Counted from the stretch's first letter, positions 27,226 to 41,125 are shown. The stretch: 64,000 nt of DNA from Gammaproteobacteria bacterium (GCA_965217605.1 CBDCJB010000004.1:8015-72014); one strand, 5' to 3'. The notes: a model not told the origin generated them from the letters alone. Numbers and translations: made by a program.

Positions 27226-29250
27226 ATGAGCAAAAAGCTACAGCTCGAATCGGACTTTGCTCCAGCGGGCGGACAGCCGCAGGCGATTACCTCCCTCATC
27301 GAGGGCCTTCAGGCCGGGCTCTATCATCAGACGCTGCTCGGGGTAACGGGTTCCGGCAAGACGTTCACCATCGCGAACGCCATCGATACGGTGCAACGCC
27401 CGACGCTCATACTCGCGCCGAACAAAACGCTGGCCGCGCAACTCTACGGTGAGATGCGGGAGTTTTTTCCGCACAACGCAGTCGAATACTTCGTGTCTTA
27501 TTACGACTACTATCAGCCTGAAGCCTATGTACCGGCGTCGGATACGTATATAGAGAAAGACGCCTCGATCAACGATCACATCGAGCAGATGCGCCTATCG
27601 GCGACCAAGGCGCTCCTCGAACGGCCCGATACCATCATCGTCGCCACGGTTTCGGCGATCTACGGCCTCGGTGAACCGGATGAGTATCACGCGATGGTGT
27701 TGCACTTGCGACGCGGCGACATCATCAATCAGCGAACAATCCTGCGCCGCCTCGCGAATCTTCAATACCGGCGTAATGACTACGAGCTCGAACGCGGCAC
27801 CTACCGGGTGCGCGGCGAGATCATCGACATTTTCCCGGCAGAATCGGACCGCGACGCCTTGCGCCTGGAATTATTCGACGATGAGATCGAGTCACTCGCG
27901 CATTTCGATCCGCTGACCGGCGAAATACTACGCAAGGTCCCACGCTTTACGATCTATCCGAAATCACATTACGTGACTTCGCGCGACACCGTGTTGCGTG
28001 CGATCGAGACGATCAAAGTCGAGCTCGTCGAACGGCTCGAGCAGTTACGCTCGCTCGATAAGTTGGTCGAAGCGCAGCGATTGGAACAGCGTACGCGCTT
28101 CGATATCGAAATGATGGCCGAGATCGGCTATTGCAATGGCATCGAAAATTACAGCCGCCATCTGTCCGGACGCGCGCCCGGAGAGCCACCCGCAACGCTC
28201 TTCGAGTACCTGCCCGCCGACACCTTGCTCGTGATCGACGAAAGTCATGTGACGGTCCCGCAGCTCGGCGGCATGTACCGCGGCGACCGCTCGCGCAAGG
28301 AGAACCTCGTCGAGTACGGGTTCCGCCTGCCGTCCGCGCTCGACAACCGGCCGCTCAAATTCGAGGAATTCGAGCAGATGGCGCCGCAGATGATCTTCGT
28401 TTCGGCTACGCCCGGACCTTACGAGGGTGATCACGCCGGGCAAGTCGTCGAATTAGTGGTGCGCCCGACCGGCCTCGTCGACCCGCACGTGGAAGTGCGG
28501 CCGGCGGGTACGCAGGTCGACGATCTATTGTCGGAAATCAATGCTTCGGCCGCGTCCAACGAGCGCGTGCTCGTCACCACCCTGACCAAACGCATGGCGG
28601 AAGACCTGACCGATTATCTGGCCGAGCACGGTGTACGCGTGCGTTACCTGCACTCGGATATCGATACGGTCGAACGCGTCGAGATCATCCGCGATCTGCG
28701 GCTGGGTGAATTCGACGTTCTGGTCGGCATCAATCTTTTGCGCGAGGGCCTCGATCTTCCCGAAGTCTCTCTGGTCGCGATACTCGACGCCGACAAGGAA
28801 GGTTTTTTACGCTCGGACCGTTCACTGATCCAGACGACCGGCCGCGCGGCACGCAACATTGGCGGCCGCGCAATCATGTACGCCGACTCGGTAACGGGGT
28901 CGATGCAACGTGCGCTGGACGAGATGGACCGACGGCGCAGCGTCCAGATCGAATTCAACGCTGAGCACGGGATCACGCCGCAGGGGATCCGCAAGCACGT
29001 CGCCGACATCATGGAAGGCGCGTACGCACCGAGCGGCGGCAGGCCGCGCCGCGTACTGCGTGCAGCCGAGGCACGCTCCGACTACCAGGGCTTGAGCGAC
29101 GATGCGCTGATGAAGAAAGTCAAACAAATGGAGAATCAGATGTACCGGCACGCGCGGGATCTCGAATTCGAGGAAGCGGCGCGCATCCGCGATGAGATCG
29201 CGACGCTAAAGACGGATTTGCTCGATATGCCGGCTACTGCCGAGAGTTAG
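27226..29250 (+). CDS. uvrB: excinuclease ABC subunit B
   Basis: GVTGSGKTF Walker [11 protein letters not shown] and the C-terminal UVR domain. Confidence 0.95.
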   Translation: MSKKLQLESDFAPAGGQPQAITSLIEGLQAGLYHQTLLGVTGSGKTFTIANAIDTVQRPTLILAPNKTLAAQLYGEMREFFPHNAVEYFVSYYDYYQPEAYVPASDTYIEKDASINDHIEQMRLSATKALLERPDTIIVATVSAIYGLGEPDEYHAMVLHLRRGDIINQRTILRRLANLQYRRNDYELERGTYRVRGEIIDIFPAESDRDALRLELFDDEIESLAHFDPLTGEILRKVPRFTIYPKSHYVTSRDTVLRAIETIKVELVERLEQLRSLDKLVEAQRLEQRTRFDIEMMAEIGYCNGIENYSRHLSGRAPGEPPATLFEYLPADTLLVIDESHVTVPQLGGMYRGDRSRKENLVEYGFRLPSALDNRPLKFEEFEQMAPQMIFVSATPGPYEGDHAGQVVELVVRPTGLVDPHVEVRPAGTQVDDLLSEINASAASNERVLVTTLTKRMAEDLTDYLAEHGVRVRYLHSDIDTVERVEIIRDLRLGEFDVLVGINLLREGLDLPEVSLVAILDADKEGFLRSDRSLIQTTGRAARNIGGRAIMYADSVTGSMQRALDEMDRRRSVQIEFNAEHGITPQGIRKHVADIMEGAYAPSGGRPRRVLRAAEARSDYQGLSDDALMKKVKQMENQMYRHARDLEFEEAARIRDEIATLKTDLLDMPATAES

Positions 29251-29278
29251 CCCGCACCGTCCGTTAAAATATCCACCC

Positions 29279-30376
29279 ATGGTTAAACGCGTCATCCTCA
29301 TTTTGATCGTTATCGCAGTGGTCGGTGGTGCGACCTATGCGCTGCACATAAACAAAATGAATCAAATGGCGGCAATGAGCGAGCGGGCATTTCCACCCGC
29401 CGCCGTAACCGTGGCCGAAGTCCAACCCACTTCCTGGCGCCAGAGTCTATTCGCGGTTGGTTCGATTGCGGCCGAGCAGGGCATCGAGGTAACCGCCCCT
29501 CTGCCTGGGACCGTCATCGACATCACATTCGAATCCGGCGAGCAGGTGCAGCGCGGTGATGTGCTGGTGAAGATGGATGTCGTCGTCGACATGGCTCAGC
29601 TCGATGGGCTGATCGCGACGAAGGAATTGCGGATATTGCAGTTCGAGCGGGCCAAGAAGCTGCGCAACGACCGCCAGATCTCGCAATCGGATTACGATGC
29701 CGCGCAGGCCGCGCTCGACGAAGCCGATGCGGAAATGAAGGCCAAGCAGGCGTTGATCGCGCGCAAGCGCGTCTATGCGCCGTTCGACGGTACACTCGGG
29801 ATCCGCATGATCGATCTCGGTGAATACCTCGAACCGGGCGATCCCGTAGTCCCGCTGCAAATGCTGAGCCCGATCCACGTCGATTACGCGCTACCGGAGC
29901 AATTCCTGAGCCGCCTGGCGGTCGACCAGCTGATCGAGATCGAAGTGCCGGCCTATCCGGGAGAAAAGTTCCACGGGCAGATCACCGCGTTCGACCCCGG
30001 CATCGATCCCAACACCCGTAACGTGCGGATCCGGGCCACATTCGCGAACGCCGATCGCCGACTGCGGCCGGGCATGTTTGCGGAAGTTTGGACGATCGAG
30101 CCGGTCCTTAAAGAAGTCTTGTCATTACCTGAGACCGCGGTGACTTACAGTCCGTTCGGCAACACGGTATTCATCGTCATTGAGAAGGACGGCGCGACCG
30201 TGGTCGATCGCCGTCAGGTGCAAACCGGCGAAGTACGCGCCGGGCGTGTGGAGATAACGGCGGGGCTCGCCCCGGGCGAGCGCGTCGTGTCGGTCGGTCA
30301 AAATAAGTTGCGCAACGGCATGCCCGTTCACGTTGTGGAGAACGTCTCGGCGGCGCTGGCCAGCGAATCTCCGTGA
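29279..30376 (+). CDS. RND efflux periplasmic adaptor (membrane fusion protein)
   Basis: N-terminal TM, biotinyl-lipoyl-like and beta-barrel segments. Translationally coupled to the RND pump. Confidence 0.85.
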   Translation: MVKRVILILIVIAVVGGATYALHINKMNQMAAMSERAFPPAAVTVAEVQPTSWRQSLFAVGSIAAEQGIEVTAPLPGTVIDITFESGEQVQRGDVLVKMDVVVDMAQLDGLIATKELRILQFERAKKLRNDRQISQSDYDAAQAALDEADAEMKAKQALIARKRVYAPFDGTLGIRMIDLGEYLEPGDPVVPLQMLSPIHVDYALPEQFLSRLAVDQLIEIEVPAYPGEKFHGQITAFDPGIDPNTRNVRIRATFANADRRLRPGMFAEVWTIEPVLKEVLSLPETAVTYSPFGNTVFIVIEKDGATVVDRRQVQTGEVRAGRVEITAGLAPGERVVSVGQNKLRNGMPVHVVENVSAALASESP

Positions 30377-33300
30377 ACCTGACCGATCTCTTTATCAAGC
30401 GGCCGGTGCTGGCTAGCGTCATCAGCCTGATGATCCTGGTGCTCGGTCTGCGCTCGATCGCCTCGCTGGAACTACGGCAATATCCGAAAACCGAAAATAC
30501 GCTGGTTACCGTACGCACGACGTATCCCGGCGCCAGCAGCGAACTCGTCAACGGTTTCATTACGACGCCCTTGCAACAGGCCATCGCCGAAGCGAACGGT
30601 ATCGATTTTCTCAAGGCGACCAGCAAGCAGGGGATCTCGGTTATCGAGGCCCATATGAATCTCAACTACGACCCCAATGCCGCGGTCGCCGAGATCCAGG
30701 CCAAAGTCGCGAGCCAGCGCAACGTTCTCCCCGAGGAAGCGAACGATCCAGTGATCGATTCACAAACGGGTAGCACGCTTGCCCTGATGTATCTGGCGTT
30801 TCACAGCGAGACCATGTCGCCGCCCGAGATGACCGACTATTTGATCCGCGTGGTACGCCCCCAGTTGCAAGCGCTTCCGGGAGTCGCCAAGACGCGGATT
30901 TTCGGCGCCAAGACCTATGCGATGCGGATCTGGCTCGACCCACGCCGCATGGCGGCGATGAACGTGACGGCGGCGGACGTGAGGCGCGTGTTGCTCGCGA
31001 ATAACTATCTGTCTGGCGCGGGCGAGACGAAGAGTGAATACGTCGCGGTCGACTTGAGCGCGACGACCGATATCTCCGGCGTCGACGAGTTCGAAGATCT
31101 GGTCGTGCGCGAGGAAGCTGGCGTCATCGTGCGCTTATCGAATGTCGCGCGTTTGGAACTCGGGGCCGAAGACTACGAATCGACCGCATGGTACAACGGC
31201 AACACGGCGTTGTTTATCGGGATCACCCCAACGCCCGGCGCAAACCCGCTGACGGTCGCTGAACGCGTACGTGCGGAGATGCCCGAGATTCGTTCACAAA
31301 TGCCGAGCGGGCTCAACGCGTTCATTCCCTACGATGCCAGCGAATTCATCCAGGAATCGATCGAGGAGGTGTTCACGACGCTGGCGGAAGCCGTGCTGAT
31401 CGTCCTCACCGTCATTCTGCTAAGCCTCGGTTCCGTGCGCGCGGCACTGATCCCCGCGGTCGCGATACCGCTGTCGCTCATAGGCGGGGCGTTCTTGATG
31501 TTGCTCATGGGCTTCTCGATCAACTTGCTGACCTTGCTCGCGATGGTCCTCGCCATTGGCTTGGTAGTCGACGATGCGATCGTCATCGCGGAAAACATTC
31601 ATCGGCACATCGAAAAAGGCCGTACGCCGCTCGAAGCGGCGCTGACGGGCGCGCGCCAATTGCAACTCCCCATCATCGCGATGACTACGACCTTGGTCGC
31701 CGTCTATGCGCCCATCGGCTTCATGGGTGGCCTCGTCGGGACATTATTCACGGAATTCGCGTTCGCGCTGGCAGGCGCTGTGCTGATTTCGGGTGTAGTC
31801 GCGCTAACTTTGTCACCGATGTTGTGTTCTCGGGTTTTTAAACCGGGCAAGGGCGGACGCTTCGAGCTGCTCGTCGAGCGATTGTTCAATGCGTTGGCGG
31901 ATGCCTATAAAGCAATTTTACACAGATTTCTAGACTACACCTCGGTAATCGTCGTATTTGGCGTCGCCGTTCTCATCAGTATTTATTCGATGTTCGTGAT
32001 GAGTCAGCGCGAACTCGCACCGGACGAAGATCAAAGCATCATCTACGTCAGCGCGCGCGGGCCGCAGACCGCTACCGTGGATTACGATGAACAATACGGC
32101 CATCGTATGATCGAATTATTCGAAGAGATCCCCGAATATCAGGAAAGTTTTGCATTGCTCGGCTTCGACAACGCGCGCAACGTCATCTTTATGGGCTTCA
32201 AGATGCCGCCGCCATCGAAGCGGGCGCGCGCGCAGTGGGATGTACAGAACGAACTCCAAGAGAAGCTCTTCGGTATCACTGGATTCGAGGTGTCAACCTT
32301 CGTGCGCCCCAGTCTGCCATCTCCGGGTTTCGGCCTGCCGGTTCAGTTCTTCCTGGTGTCGCCCGCCAGTTATGAAGAACTCGATCGGGTCGCGGAAGAC
32401 CTGCTCGGCCGCGCAATGCAAAGCGGTCGGTTCATGTTTTTGCAGAAATCGGTTGAATTCAATCGGCCGAAAGCGACCATCCAGATCGATCGTAATCGCG
32501 CCGGCATTTTAGGTATCAAAATGGACGATCTTGGACAGGATCTGGCCACCCTCTTGGGCGGCAATCACGTCAATTGGTTCAATTTGGAAGGCCGCAGTTA
32601 TAAGGTCATTCCCCAAGTCGAACGCGAGTTTCGCGCGAACCAGGGCATGCTCGACGATTACTACGTACGTACCGGTGACGGCAATCTGGTGCCGCTGTCC
32701 ACGGTGGTTTCACTCGAGCGATCTGTCGAGCCGAGTGAACGGCTACAGTTTCAGCAGTTGAACGCCGTGGCCTTGGAAGGTGTGCCGGGGCCGGGGGTCT
32801 CGATGGGCGACGCGATCAGCTACCTCGAAGAGACCGCGCGCGAAGTGCTACCCAAAGAGTTCAAATGGGATTACGCGGGTGAATCCCGGCAGTACACCCA
32901 GCAAGGCGGTGCCTTGGTCACCACCTTCTTCGTGGCGCTGCTCGTGATCTACCTGGTGCTCGCCGCGCAGTTCGAAAGTTGGCGCGACCCGCTGATCATT
33001 CTGATGTCGGTACCCATGTCGATCGCGGGTGCGCTGATCTTCATTGCGCTTGGCTTTGCCACGTCCAATATTTACACACAAGTCGGATTAATCACGCTCA
33101 TCGGTCTGATCACCAAAAACGGCATTCTGATCGTCGAGTTCGCCAACCAGGTTCAGATCGTGCGTGGCTTACCAAAGCGCGAGGCCGTCGAGGAAGCTGC
33201 GCGCATCCGGCTTCGTCCGATTCTAATGACTACGATCGCGATGATCGTTGCAATGATTCCACTGTTGACAGCCAGCGGGCCCGGCGCGGTCAGCCGCTTT

Positions 33301-33450
33301 CATATCGGACTGGTCATTGCCACGGGCCTCGGCATCGGCACCATCTTCACCTTGTTCATCGTGCCGGCTTTCTACCTTCTACTGGCTCGCGATCACAGTG
33401 CAGACATCGCCGCACAACAGCTCGGTTCGACGCAGGAGTCGACCGCTTAA
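30373..33450 (+). CDS. RND efflux transporter permease (AcrB/MdtB family, 12 TM)
   Basis: Length 1025 aa. Two large periplasmic loops and the conserved TM4 and TM10 regions. Confidence 0.9.
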   Translation: MNLTDLFIKRPVLASVISLMILVLGLRSIASLELRQYPKTENTLVTVRTTYPGASSELVNGFITTPLQQAIAEANGIDFLKATSKQGISVIEAHMNLNYDPNAAVAEIQAKVASQRNVLPEEANDPVIDSQTGSTLALMYLAFHSETMSPPEMTDYLIRVVRPQLQALPGVAKTRIFGAKTYAMRIWLDPRRMAAMNVTAADVRRVLLANNYLSGAGETKSEYVAVDLSATTDISGVDEFEDLVVREEAGVIVRLSNVARLELGAEDYESTAWYNGNTALFIGITPTPGANPLTVAERVRAEMPEIRSQMPSGLNAFIPYDASEFIQESIEEVFTTLAEAVLIVLTVILLSLGSVRAALIPAVAIPLSLIGGAFLMLLMGFSINLLTLLAMVLAIGLVVDDAIVIAENIHRHIEKGRTPLEAALTGARQLQLPIIAMTTTLVAVYAPIGFMGGLVGTLFTEFAFALAGAVLISGVVALTLSPMLCSRVFKPGKGGRFELLVERLFNALADAYKAILHRFLDYTSVIVVFGVAVLISIYSMFVMSQRELAPDEDQSIIYVSARGPQTATVDYDEQYGHRMIELFEEIPEYQESFALLGFDNARNVIFMGFKMPPPSKRARAQWDVQNELQEKLFGITGFEVSTFVRPSLPSPGFGLPVQFFLVSPASYEELDRVAEDLLGRAMQSGRFMFLQKSVEFNRPKATIQIDRNRAGILGIKMDDLGQDLATLLGGNHVNWFNLEGRSYKVIPQVEREFRANQGMLDDYYVRTGDGNLVPLSTVVSLERSVEPSERLQFQQLNAVALEGVPGPGVSMGDAISYLEETAREVLPKEFKWDYAGESRQYTQQGGALVTTFFVALLVIYLVLAAQFESWRDPLIILMSVPMSIAGALIFIALGFATSNIYTQVGLITLIGLITKNGILIVEFANQVQIVRGLPKREAVEEAARIRLRPILMTTIAMIVAMIPLLTASGPGAVSRFHIGLVIATGLGIGTIFTLFIVPAFYLLLARDHSADIAAQQLGSTQESTA

Positions 33451-33509
33451 GCTGTAGCCGCTCGTGTGCATTTTGTGTATGCTCGCCCGCCTGTTATTTA
33501 ACGAATAAC

Positions 33510-33586
33510 AGGCGCGTAGCTCAGCTGGTTAGAGCACCACCTTGACATGGTGGGGGTCGTTGGTTCGAGTCCAATCGCGCCTACCA
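33510..33586 (+). tRNA. tRNA-Val (GAC)
   Basis: AGGCGCG acceptor, anticodon loop CUUGACAU, GGTTCGAGTCC T-arm, CCA. Confidence 0.9.
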
Positions 33587-33627
33587 CTTACGTTCGATGG
33601 CCCCTCGTATCGGTCACGGAGACTGCC

Positions 33628-35550
33628 ATGCCCTCGATTACGCTTCCCGACGGTAGCCAAAAACAGTTCGACGCTGCGGTTACCGTTCACGGCGTCGCTG
33701 AATCCATCGGTCCGGGCCTTGCCAAAGCGGCCTTGGGCGGACGCATCGATGGTCGAGCGGTCGATACCTCATTCTCGATCGAAAAAGACTGCGAGCTGGC
33801 CATCATCACCGCCAAGGACGATGAAGGGCTCGAGATCATCCGGCACAGCACGGCGCACTTGTTGGCGCAGGCCGTGAAGGAACTCTTCCCGGCCGCCCAG
33901 GTGACCATCGGACCCGTGATCGAGGATGGCTTCTATTACGACTTCGCGTTCGAGCGTTCCTTCACGCCGGAAGATCTGGAAGCGATCGAGGCGCGCATGA
34001 CGGAACTCACCAAAGCCGATCATGCGATCGAACGCCGGGTCATGGATCGCGACGAAGCCGTCGCCTTCTTTCGCGAACTGGGGGAGGAATACAAAGCCGA
34101 AATCATCGCGGAGATCCCCGCCGGTGAACCGATCTCGCTCTATGGTCAAGGCGATTTCGTCGATCTCTGCCGCGGACCGCACGTGCCGAACACCGGCAAG
34201 CTCAAGGCCTTCAAGTTGACCAAGATCGCGGGGGCGTACTGGCGCGGCGATTCGAACAACGAGATGCTGCAACGCATCTACGGTACCGCGTGGCCGGACA
34301 AGAAGACCCTCAAGGCCTACATCAATCGACTCGAAGAGGCGGAGAAGCGGGATCACCGCAAGCTCGCGCGGCAACTGGATCTTTTCCACTTTCAGGAAGA
34401 GGCCCCCGGCATGGTCTTCTGGCATGAGAAGGGATGGACGCTCTATCAGGTCGTCGAAGGCTACGTCCGCGAGGTGTGCTACGCCGATTATCGGGAAGTC
34501 CACACGCCCCAAGTGTTGGACCGCACCTTGTGGGAGAAATCGGGCCATTGGGACAAGTTCCACGACATGATCTTCGCCACGCAATCGGAAAATCGTGAAT
34601 ATGCGCTGAAACCCATGAACTGCCCTGGACACGTTCAGATTTTCAACCACGCGCTGCGGAGCTACCGGGATCTGCCATTTCGTATCGCCGAGTTCGGCAT
34701 CGTCCACCGCAACGAACCGTCCGGCACGCTGCACGGTTTGCTGCGCGCGCGCCGGTTTACGCAAGACGACGCGCACATCTTCTGCGGCGAAGACGGAATA
34801 CAGGCGGAAGTAACCCGGCTCATTGATATGACCTTCCGGATCTACCGCGATTTCGGTTTCGACGACATTGAAATCGCGTTGTCGCTCCGCCCGGCGCAGC
34901 GCGTCGGCGCTGACGCGTTGTGGGATAAGGCTGAAGCAGCCCTCGAATTGGCCCTAAAAAACAAAGGTTTGGAGTTTCGGATCGATCCCGGTGAAGGGGC
35001 GTTCTATGGGCCCAAGATCGATTTCACGCTGCGCGATTGCATCGGCCGCTTGTGGCAATGCGGCACGGTCCAGGTCGATTTCTCGATGCCCGATCGATTG
35101 GGCGCCAAGTTCGTCGGCGAAGACGGTGACCGCCATGTGCCGGTCATGATCCATCGCGCTTTGCTGGGGTCAATGGAACGCTTTATCGGGATCTTGATCG
35201 AACAACACGCGGGACGGTTCCCAGCGTGGTTGGCGCCCGTTCAGACGATCGCATTGAGCATCACGGAAAAGCATGCGGTCTATGCCAGCGAAGTCGCGGA
35301 AACCTTGAAAAATCAAGGGTTCCGGGCCGATTCAGACTTGAGAAATGAGAAGATCGGGCTTAAAATCCGCGAACATACGCTGCAGCGTGTCCCGTATCTG
35401 CTCGTCGTTGGCGAGCGCGAAATGGAAAACCGAACGGTGGCCGTGCGCGCGCTGGACGGAGATGACTTGGGCGAAATGTCGGTCGACGATTTCGCGCAAC
35501 GCCTCCGCGGGGAAATCGCATCGCGCGGGCCGCACACATTGGAGGATTAG
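33628..35550 (+). CDS. thrS: threonine--tRNA ligase
   Basis: TGS/editing N-domain, class II core motifs and anticodon-binding C-domain. Start at MPSITLPDG. Confidence 0.95.
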   Translation: MPSITLPDGSQKQFDAAVTVHGVAESIGPGLAKAALGGRIDGRAVDTSFSIEKDCELAIITAKDDEGLEIIRHSTAHLLAQAVKELFPAAQVTIGPVIEDGFYYDFAFERSFTPEDLEAIEARMTELTKADHAIERRVMDRDEAVAFFRELGEEYKAEIIAEIPAGEPISLYGQGDFVDLCRGPHVPNTGKLKAFKLTKIAGAYWRGDSNNEMLQRIYGTAWPDKKTLKAYINRLEEAEKRDHRKLARQLDLFHFQEEAPGMVFWHEKGWTLYQVVEGYVREVCYADYREVHTPQVLDRTLWEKSGHWDKFHDMIFATQSENREYALKPMNCPGHVQIFNHALRSYRDLPFRIAEFGIVHRNEPSGTLHGLLRARRFTQDDAHIFCGEDGIQAEVTRLIDMTFRIYRDFGFDDIEIALSLRPAQRVGADALWDKAEAALELALKNKGLEFRIDPGEGAFYGPKIDFTLRDCIGRLWQCGTVQVDFSMPDRLGAKFVGEDGDRHVPVMIHRALLGSMERFIGILIEQHAGRFPAWLAPVQTIALSITEKHAVYASEVAETLKNQGFRADSDLRNEKIGLKIREHTLQRVPYLLVVGEREMENRTVAVRALDGDDLGEMSVDDFAQRLRGEIASRGPHTLED

Positions 35551-35553
35551 GGT

Positions 35554-36072
35554 ATAGCCGCTGAGAAGAAGAATCGTGTAAACGGTGACATAGTCGTTCC
35601 GGAAGTCCGGCTGATCGGCGCCGACGGAAGCAACCTCGGGGTCATGTCGATCGAAGATGCGCGGCGCGAGGCCGAAACATCCGAACTCGATCTCGTCGAA
35701 ATCGTGCCCACTGCTGAGCCGCCCGTATGCCGGGTGATGGATTTTGGTAAATTCCTGTTCGACCAGAACAAGAAACGCCATGCCGCGAAGAAAAAGCAGA
35801 AACAAATCCAGGTCAAGGAGATCAAGTTCCGGCCAGGTACAGACGAGGGCGACTATCAGATCAAGCTGAGGAACCTCAGGCGATTCCTCGAAAACGGCGA
35901 CAAAGTAAAAGTAACGTTACGCTTTCGCGGACGTGAGATGGCTCATCAAGAGCTCGGAGCGCAAATGCTCGAGCGCGTGGAACACGACCTCGCGATCCTG
36001 GGTAGCGTGGAGCAGTATCCGAAACTCGAAGGCCGACAGATGGTCATGGTTATAGCGCCGAAGCGGCACTAG
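35554..36072 (+). CDS. infC: translation initiation factor IF-3, apparent ATA start codon 6 nt after a GGAGG
   Basis: The conserved N-terminus (...[18 protein letters not shown]...) is in frame upstream of the first ATG. The only plausible initiator after the thrS stop is ATA at 35554. IF-3 is known to use AUU/AUA starts. Confidence 0.85.
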   Translation: MAAEKKNRVNGDIVVPEVRLIGADGSNLGVMSIEDARREAETSELDLVEIVPTAEPPVCRVMDFGKFLFDQNKKRHAAKKKQKQIQVKEIKFRPGTDEGDYQIKLRNLRRFLENGDKVKVTLRFRGREMAHQELGAQMLERVEHDLAILGSVEQYPKLEGRQMVMVIAPKRH

Positions 36073-36104
36073 ATTGTTGCCAGTGGATTTATAGAGGATC
36101 AGTG

Positions 36105-36303
36105 ATGCCGAAAATAAGGACCAACCGTGGCGCGGCGAAACGTTTTTTCGCGAACGGGCACGGGCAAGATCAAGCGGCGGCAGTCTTACAAGAGCCATAT
36201 CCTCACCAAAAAGAGTCCCAAGAGAAAACGCAAGTTGCGCCAAGCCACGCTCATCGCGCACGCCGACGAAGAGCAAGTGCGTCGTTTGATCCCTGGAACA
36301 TAA
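36105..36303 (+). CDS. rpmI: 50S ribosomal protein L35, interrupted by a +1 frameshift in a T6 run (36143-36148)
   Basis: MPKIRTNRGAAKRF in one frame, SRTGTGKIKRRQSYKSHILTKKSPKRKRKLRQATLIAHADEEQVRRLIPGT* in the -1 frame. Removing one T restores a 65-aa L35. Confidence 0.8.
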
Positions 36304-36325
36304 AACTGATCGAGGATACTGAACG

Positions 36326-36685
36326 ATGGCACGAGTGAAGCGCGGCGTGCAGGCCCACGCCCGACACAAAAAGATTATTCGGCAAGCCAAGGGTTATCGA
36401 GGGCGGCGCAAAAACGCCTTCCGAGTTGCCAAGCAAGCGGTTACGAAAGCCGGACAATACGCCTATCGCGATCGCCGGCAGCGCAAGCGCCAGTTTCGCG
36501 CGCTGTGGATCGTGCGGATCAATGCCGCGTCACGGGAACACGGCTTGAGCTACTCGAAGTTTATGCACGGCCTCGCGCGCGCCGATATTGCCGTAGACCG
36601 TAAGGTCCTGGCCGACCTCGCGGTGAATGATCGCGTGGCATTCGGGGCGCTGGCCGAGCGCTCGAAGGCCGCACTCGCCGGCTGA
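36326..36685 (+). CDS. rplT: 50S ribosomal protein L20
   Basis: [39 protein letters not shown]... Confidence 0.95.
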   Translation: MARVKRGVQAHARHKKIIRQAKGYRGRRKNAFRVAKQAVTKAGQYAYRDRRQRKRQFRALWIVRINAASREHGLSYSKFMHGLARADIAVDRKVLADLAVNDRVAFGALAERSKAALAG

Positions 36686-36700
36686 AGCCGGCGGCGTTTC

Positions 36701-37801
<1,101 letters not shown>

Positions 37802-37829
37802 GCCCGACTGGTCAGCGCGGGAGCGGCTG

Positions 37830-40202
37830 ATGAAAGTCAGCGAGCAATGGTTGCGCGACTGGGTGGACCCGGCAATCGACGCCGAAGCGATCGGCGAATG
37901 CCTCACCTTGGGCGGGATCGAGGTCGACGCAATCACGCCCGCGACGCCGGCGCTCGACGGTATCGTGGTGGCTGAAATCACCGCAGTCGATCCGCATCCG
38001 CAAGCCGACCGCCTAACCTTGTGCCGCGTCTTCGACGGGGCGGCAGCACGACAGGTCGTGTGCGGCGCCTCGAACGTAACGACCGGGATGAAGGCGCCGT
38101 ATGCGCCGCCGGGCGTCCGACTACCCGGTGGTCGGGTCATCGAAAGCGCCGAGATCCGTGGCGTCGAGTCGTCCGGCATGTTGTGTTCCGCCGCGGAACT
38201 CGAGCTCGGCGAAGACGTGTCGGGGATCCTCGCGTTACCGGATTCCGCTGCAAGCGGCGCACCGCTGAGCGAACTACTGCGGCTCGACGACGCGATATTC
38301 GACATCGATCTAACGCCGAATCGCGGTGATTGTTTCTGCGTACTCGGGATCGCGCGCGATCTCGGCGCCCTGACCGGTCAGTCGGTGCAGCCGCCTGAGG
38401 TCGCGCCTGTCGCGGCCGGGAGTGATGACCGTTTCGACGTCGAATTACAGGATGGTTCAGGGTGTCCGCGCTACGGGGGTCGCGTCATATCGGGTGTGAA
38501 CAGCGCCGCGTCGACCCCATTGTGGATGCAGGAGCGACTACGTCGGACGGGTGTACGGTGCATCCATCCGCTCGTCGACGTGACCAATTACGTGATGCTG
38601 GAGCTCGGCCAGCCCCTGCACGCCTTCGATCTGGATAAGCTCAGCGAGCAGATCATCGTCCGCGGAGCACGCGCAGGCGAACGCCTCGAACTGCTGGATG
38701 GTCAGGCCATCGAGCTGGACGCCGGGACGCTGGTTATCGCCGATACCGCCGGTCCGGTCGCGCTGGCCGGCGTGATGGGTGGCGCGAGTACGGCGGTCTC
38801 TGCTGCGACGACGACGGTTTTTCTCGAGGGCGCGTATTTCGATCCGGTGCCGCTGGCGGGCGTCGCGCGCCGCTACCGCCTGCACACCGATGCCTCGATG
38901 CGTTTTGAGCGTGGCGTTGACCCCACGATGCAGGCCCGCGCGATCGAACGTGCAACCGCCCTGGTCGTTGAGATCTGCGGCGGCGTCGCCGGCCCATGTG
39001 AGGTCACCGAAGTTGCCTCCGCCGTGCCTGCGCCCGCGCGGATTGCTTTCCGCCCGCAGGCCGTCGAACGTCTACTCGGCACGTCGGTCGCCTACGACCG
39101 GATCGAGTCCATCCTGCGCTCTCTGGACATGTCCATCGATCGCGACGGCGAGGCGTGGGTCGTCGAGCCGCCGGCCTTTCGATTCGATATCGCAATGGAG
39201 GCCGATCTCGTCGAGGAGGTCGCGCGCGTGCATGGGTACGATGCGATCCCCTTTTCACTTCCGGCGGGCGCCGGACGGCCCGCCGTCGCCGTCAAGGAAT
39301 CGACGATAGAAAACACCATGCGCCACTGCCTGAGCGCACGGGGTTATTTTGAGGCGGTGACCTACAGTTTCATCGATCCCGAACTCGCGCGGCGCTTCGA
39401 GCCAACAGCTGATGGCGTGGCGCTCACCAATCCTATTTCGCGCGACATGTCCGTCATGCGGCCGTCCCTATGGCCCGGGCTCATCGGCGCCGCGCGCTAC
39501 AATCTCAATCGCCAACACGACGATATCCGCCTGTTCGAAATCGGCATGATCTTTCGCGCAGGGCCTAACGGCGTGGCGCAAACGAACCGCGTCGCAGGGG
39601 TGCGTTGCGGGTCCGCGCGGCCCGAGCAATGGGGAGAAACCCTGCGGGACACGGACTTTTATGATTCGAAACAGGATGTTGAGGCCTTGATCGATGCGTT
39701 ATGCATCGACGGTGCGCAAATCGAGGCCACGCAAGACCCGGCCCTACACCCGGGACAGGGCGCGCGAATCGTGGTCAATGGCTGCGCAATCGGCCGCGTC
39801 GGCGCGCTTCACCCCGCGCTTGCCCGCCATCTGGACATCGATAAGCCATTGTATCTATTCGAAATTGACCATAACCTTGGCGCCAGTTTCGCGCCGACCC
39901 AATATCGGCCCATCTCGAAATTTCCAGTGGTGCGACGCGACATCAGCGTGGTAGTCGACGACGAGGTATCAGCCGCTGTCTGTCTCGCTGCCGTGCGAGA
40001 AGTCGCGGGCGAGATCCTTCGCGACCTGCAGTTATTTGACGTATATCGAGGGCAAGGTATTGATAACGACAAAAAAAGTCTCACCTTAGGCTTGATTTTT
40101 CAGGCCCTTTCTAGCACTCTTGTGGATGACGAAGTCGAAGAGGCAGTGCAACGCGTGGTCGAAAACCTTTCGAAGCGCGTTGGGGGGAGATTGAGGAACT
40201 AG
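37830..40202 (+). CDS. pheT: phenylalanine--tRNA ligase beta subunit
   Basis: 790 aa with tRNA-binding, B3/4, B5 and FDX-ACB domains. Confidence 0.95.
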   Translation: MKVSEQWLRDWVDPAIDAEAIGECLTLGGIEVDAITPATPALDGIVVAEITAVDPHPQADRLTLCRVFDGAAARQVVCGASNVTTGMKAPYAPPGVRLPGGRVIESAEIRGVESSGMLCSAAELELGEDVSGILALPDSAASGAPLSELLRLDDAIFDIDLTPNRGDCFCVLGIARDLGALTGQSVQPPEVAPVAAGSDDRFDVELQDGSGCPRYGGRVISGVNSAASTPLWMQERLRRTGVRCIHPLVDVTNYVMLELGQPLHAFDLDKLSEQIIVRGARAGERLELLDGQAIELDAGTLVIADTAGPVALAGVMGGASTAVSAATTTVFLEGAYFDPVPLAGVARRYRLHTDASMRFERGVDPTMQARAIERATALVVEICGGVAGPCEVTEVASAVPAPARIAFRPQAVERLLGTSVAYDRIESILRSLDMSIDRDGEAWVVEPPAFRFDIAMEADLVEEVARVHGYDAIPFSLPAGAGRPAVAVKESTIENTMRHCLSARGYFEAVTYSFIDPELARRFEPTADGVALTNPISRDMSVMRPSLWPGLIGAARYNLNRQHDDIRLFEIGMIFRAGPNGVAQTNRVAGVRCGSARPEQWGETLRDTDFYDSKQDVEALIDALCIDGAQIEATQDPALHPGQGARIVVNGCAIGRVGALHPALARHLDIDKPLYLFEIDHNLGASFAPTQYRPISKFPVVRRDISVVVDDEVSAAVCLAAVREVAGEILRDLQLFDVYRGQGIDNDKKSLTLGLIFQALSSTLVDDEVEEAVQRVVENLSKRVGGRLRN

Positions 40203-40206
40203 TTCG

Positions 40207-40509
40207 ATGGCGTTGACCAAGGCCGAAATGGCGGAGCGATTGTTCGAGGACCTGGGACTCAACAAACGCGAAGCGAAAGAACTCGTGGAGGCTTTTTTTG
40301 AGGAAATTCGCGCATCACTCGAGGCCGGTCAACAAGTTAAGTTATCAGGTTTTGGCAACTTCGATCTTCGCGATAAAAATCAACGACCAGGACGGAATCC
40401 CAAAACCGGTGAGGAGATTCCGATCAGCGCACGCCGCGTCGTCACGTTTAGGCCCGGCCAGAAATTAAAAGCCCGAGTAGAAGCCTATGCTGGAAGCATC
40501 GAACAATAA
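40207..40509 (+). CDS. ihfA: integration host factor alpha subunit
   Basis: [35 protein letters not shown]...[41 protein letters not shown]. Confidence 0.9.
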   Translation: MALTKAEMAERLFEDLGLNKREAKELVEAFFEEIRASLEAGQQVKLSGFGNFDLRDKNQRPGRNPKTGEEIPISARRVVTFRPGQKLKARVEAYAGSIEQ

Positions 40510-40843
40510 CGAACTGCCCGCCATCCCGGGCAAGCGCTACTTCACGATCGGTGAAGTAAGTGAGTTGTGCGCCGTGAAACCGCACGTGTTGCGCTACTGG
40601 GAGCAGGAATTTCCGCAGCTCAAACCGATTAAGCGGCGTGGGAATAGACGTTACTATCAACGTCAAGACGTGATTCTAATTCGCCAAATCCGTAGCCTTT
40701 TATATGAACACGGGTTCACCATTGGCGGCGCTCGTCAGAAGCTATCGGGCGACGAAGTGAAGGCGGACTCCAGCATGAGTCAACAGATCGTCCGTCAGTT
40801 ACGCATCGAACTTGAAGAAGTACTCGATATTCTACGCCGCTAA
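40487..40843 (+). CDS. MerR-family transcriptional regulator
   Basis: [31 protein letters not shown]. Confidence 0.75.
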   Translation: MLEASNNNELPAIPGKRYFTIGEVSELCAVKPHVLRYWEQEFPQLKPIKRRGNRRYYQRQDVILIRQIRSLLYEHGFTIGGARQKLSGDEVKADSSMSQQIVRQLRIELEEVLDILRR

Positions 40844-40977
40844 CGGCGTTCCACTCATTTACCCAACCTGATTACCAACGCCTCGCGACGTTAGCACCGA
40901 CTGGCGATCGCAATCGAATCCGTCTACCCTCTACGCCGTCGACCAGACGCCGATCATTCATCTACGCATAGTCAAGT

Positions 40978-41125
<148 letters not shown>

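Noticed and set aside
33769-34776. 335-aa minus-strand ORF within thrS, and similar ones within pheT, guaA and the TonB receptor
   Set aside because: Antisense shadow ORFs of confidently assigned housekeeping genes.
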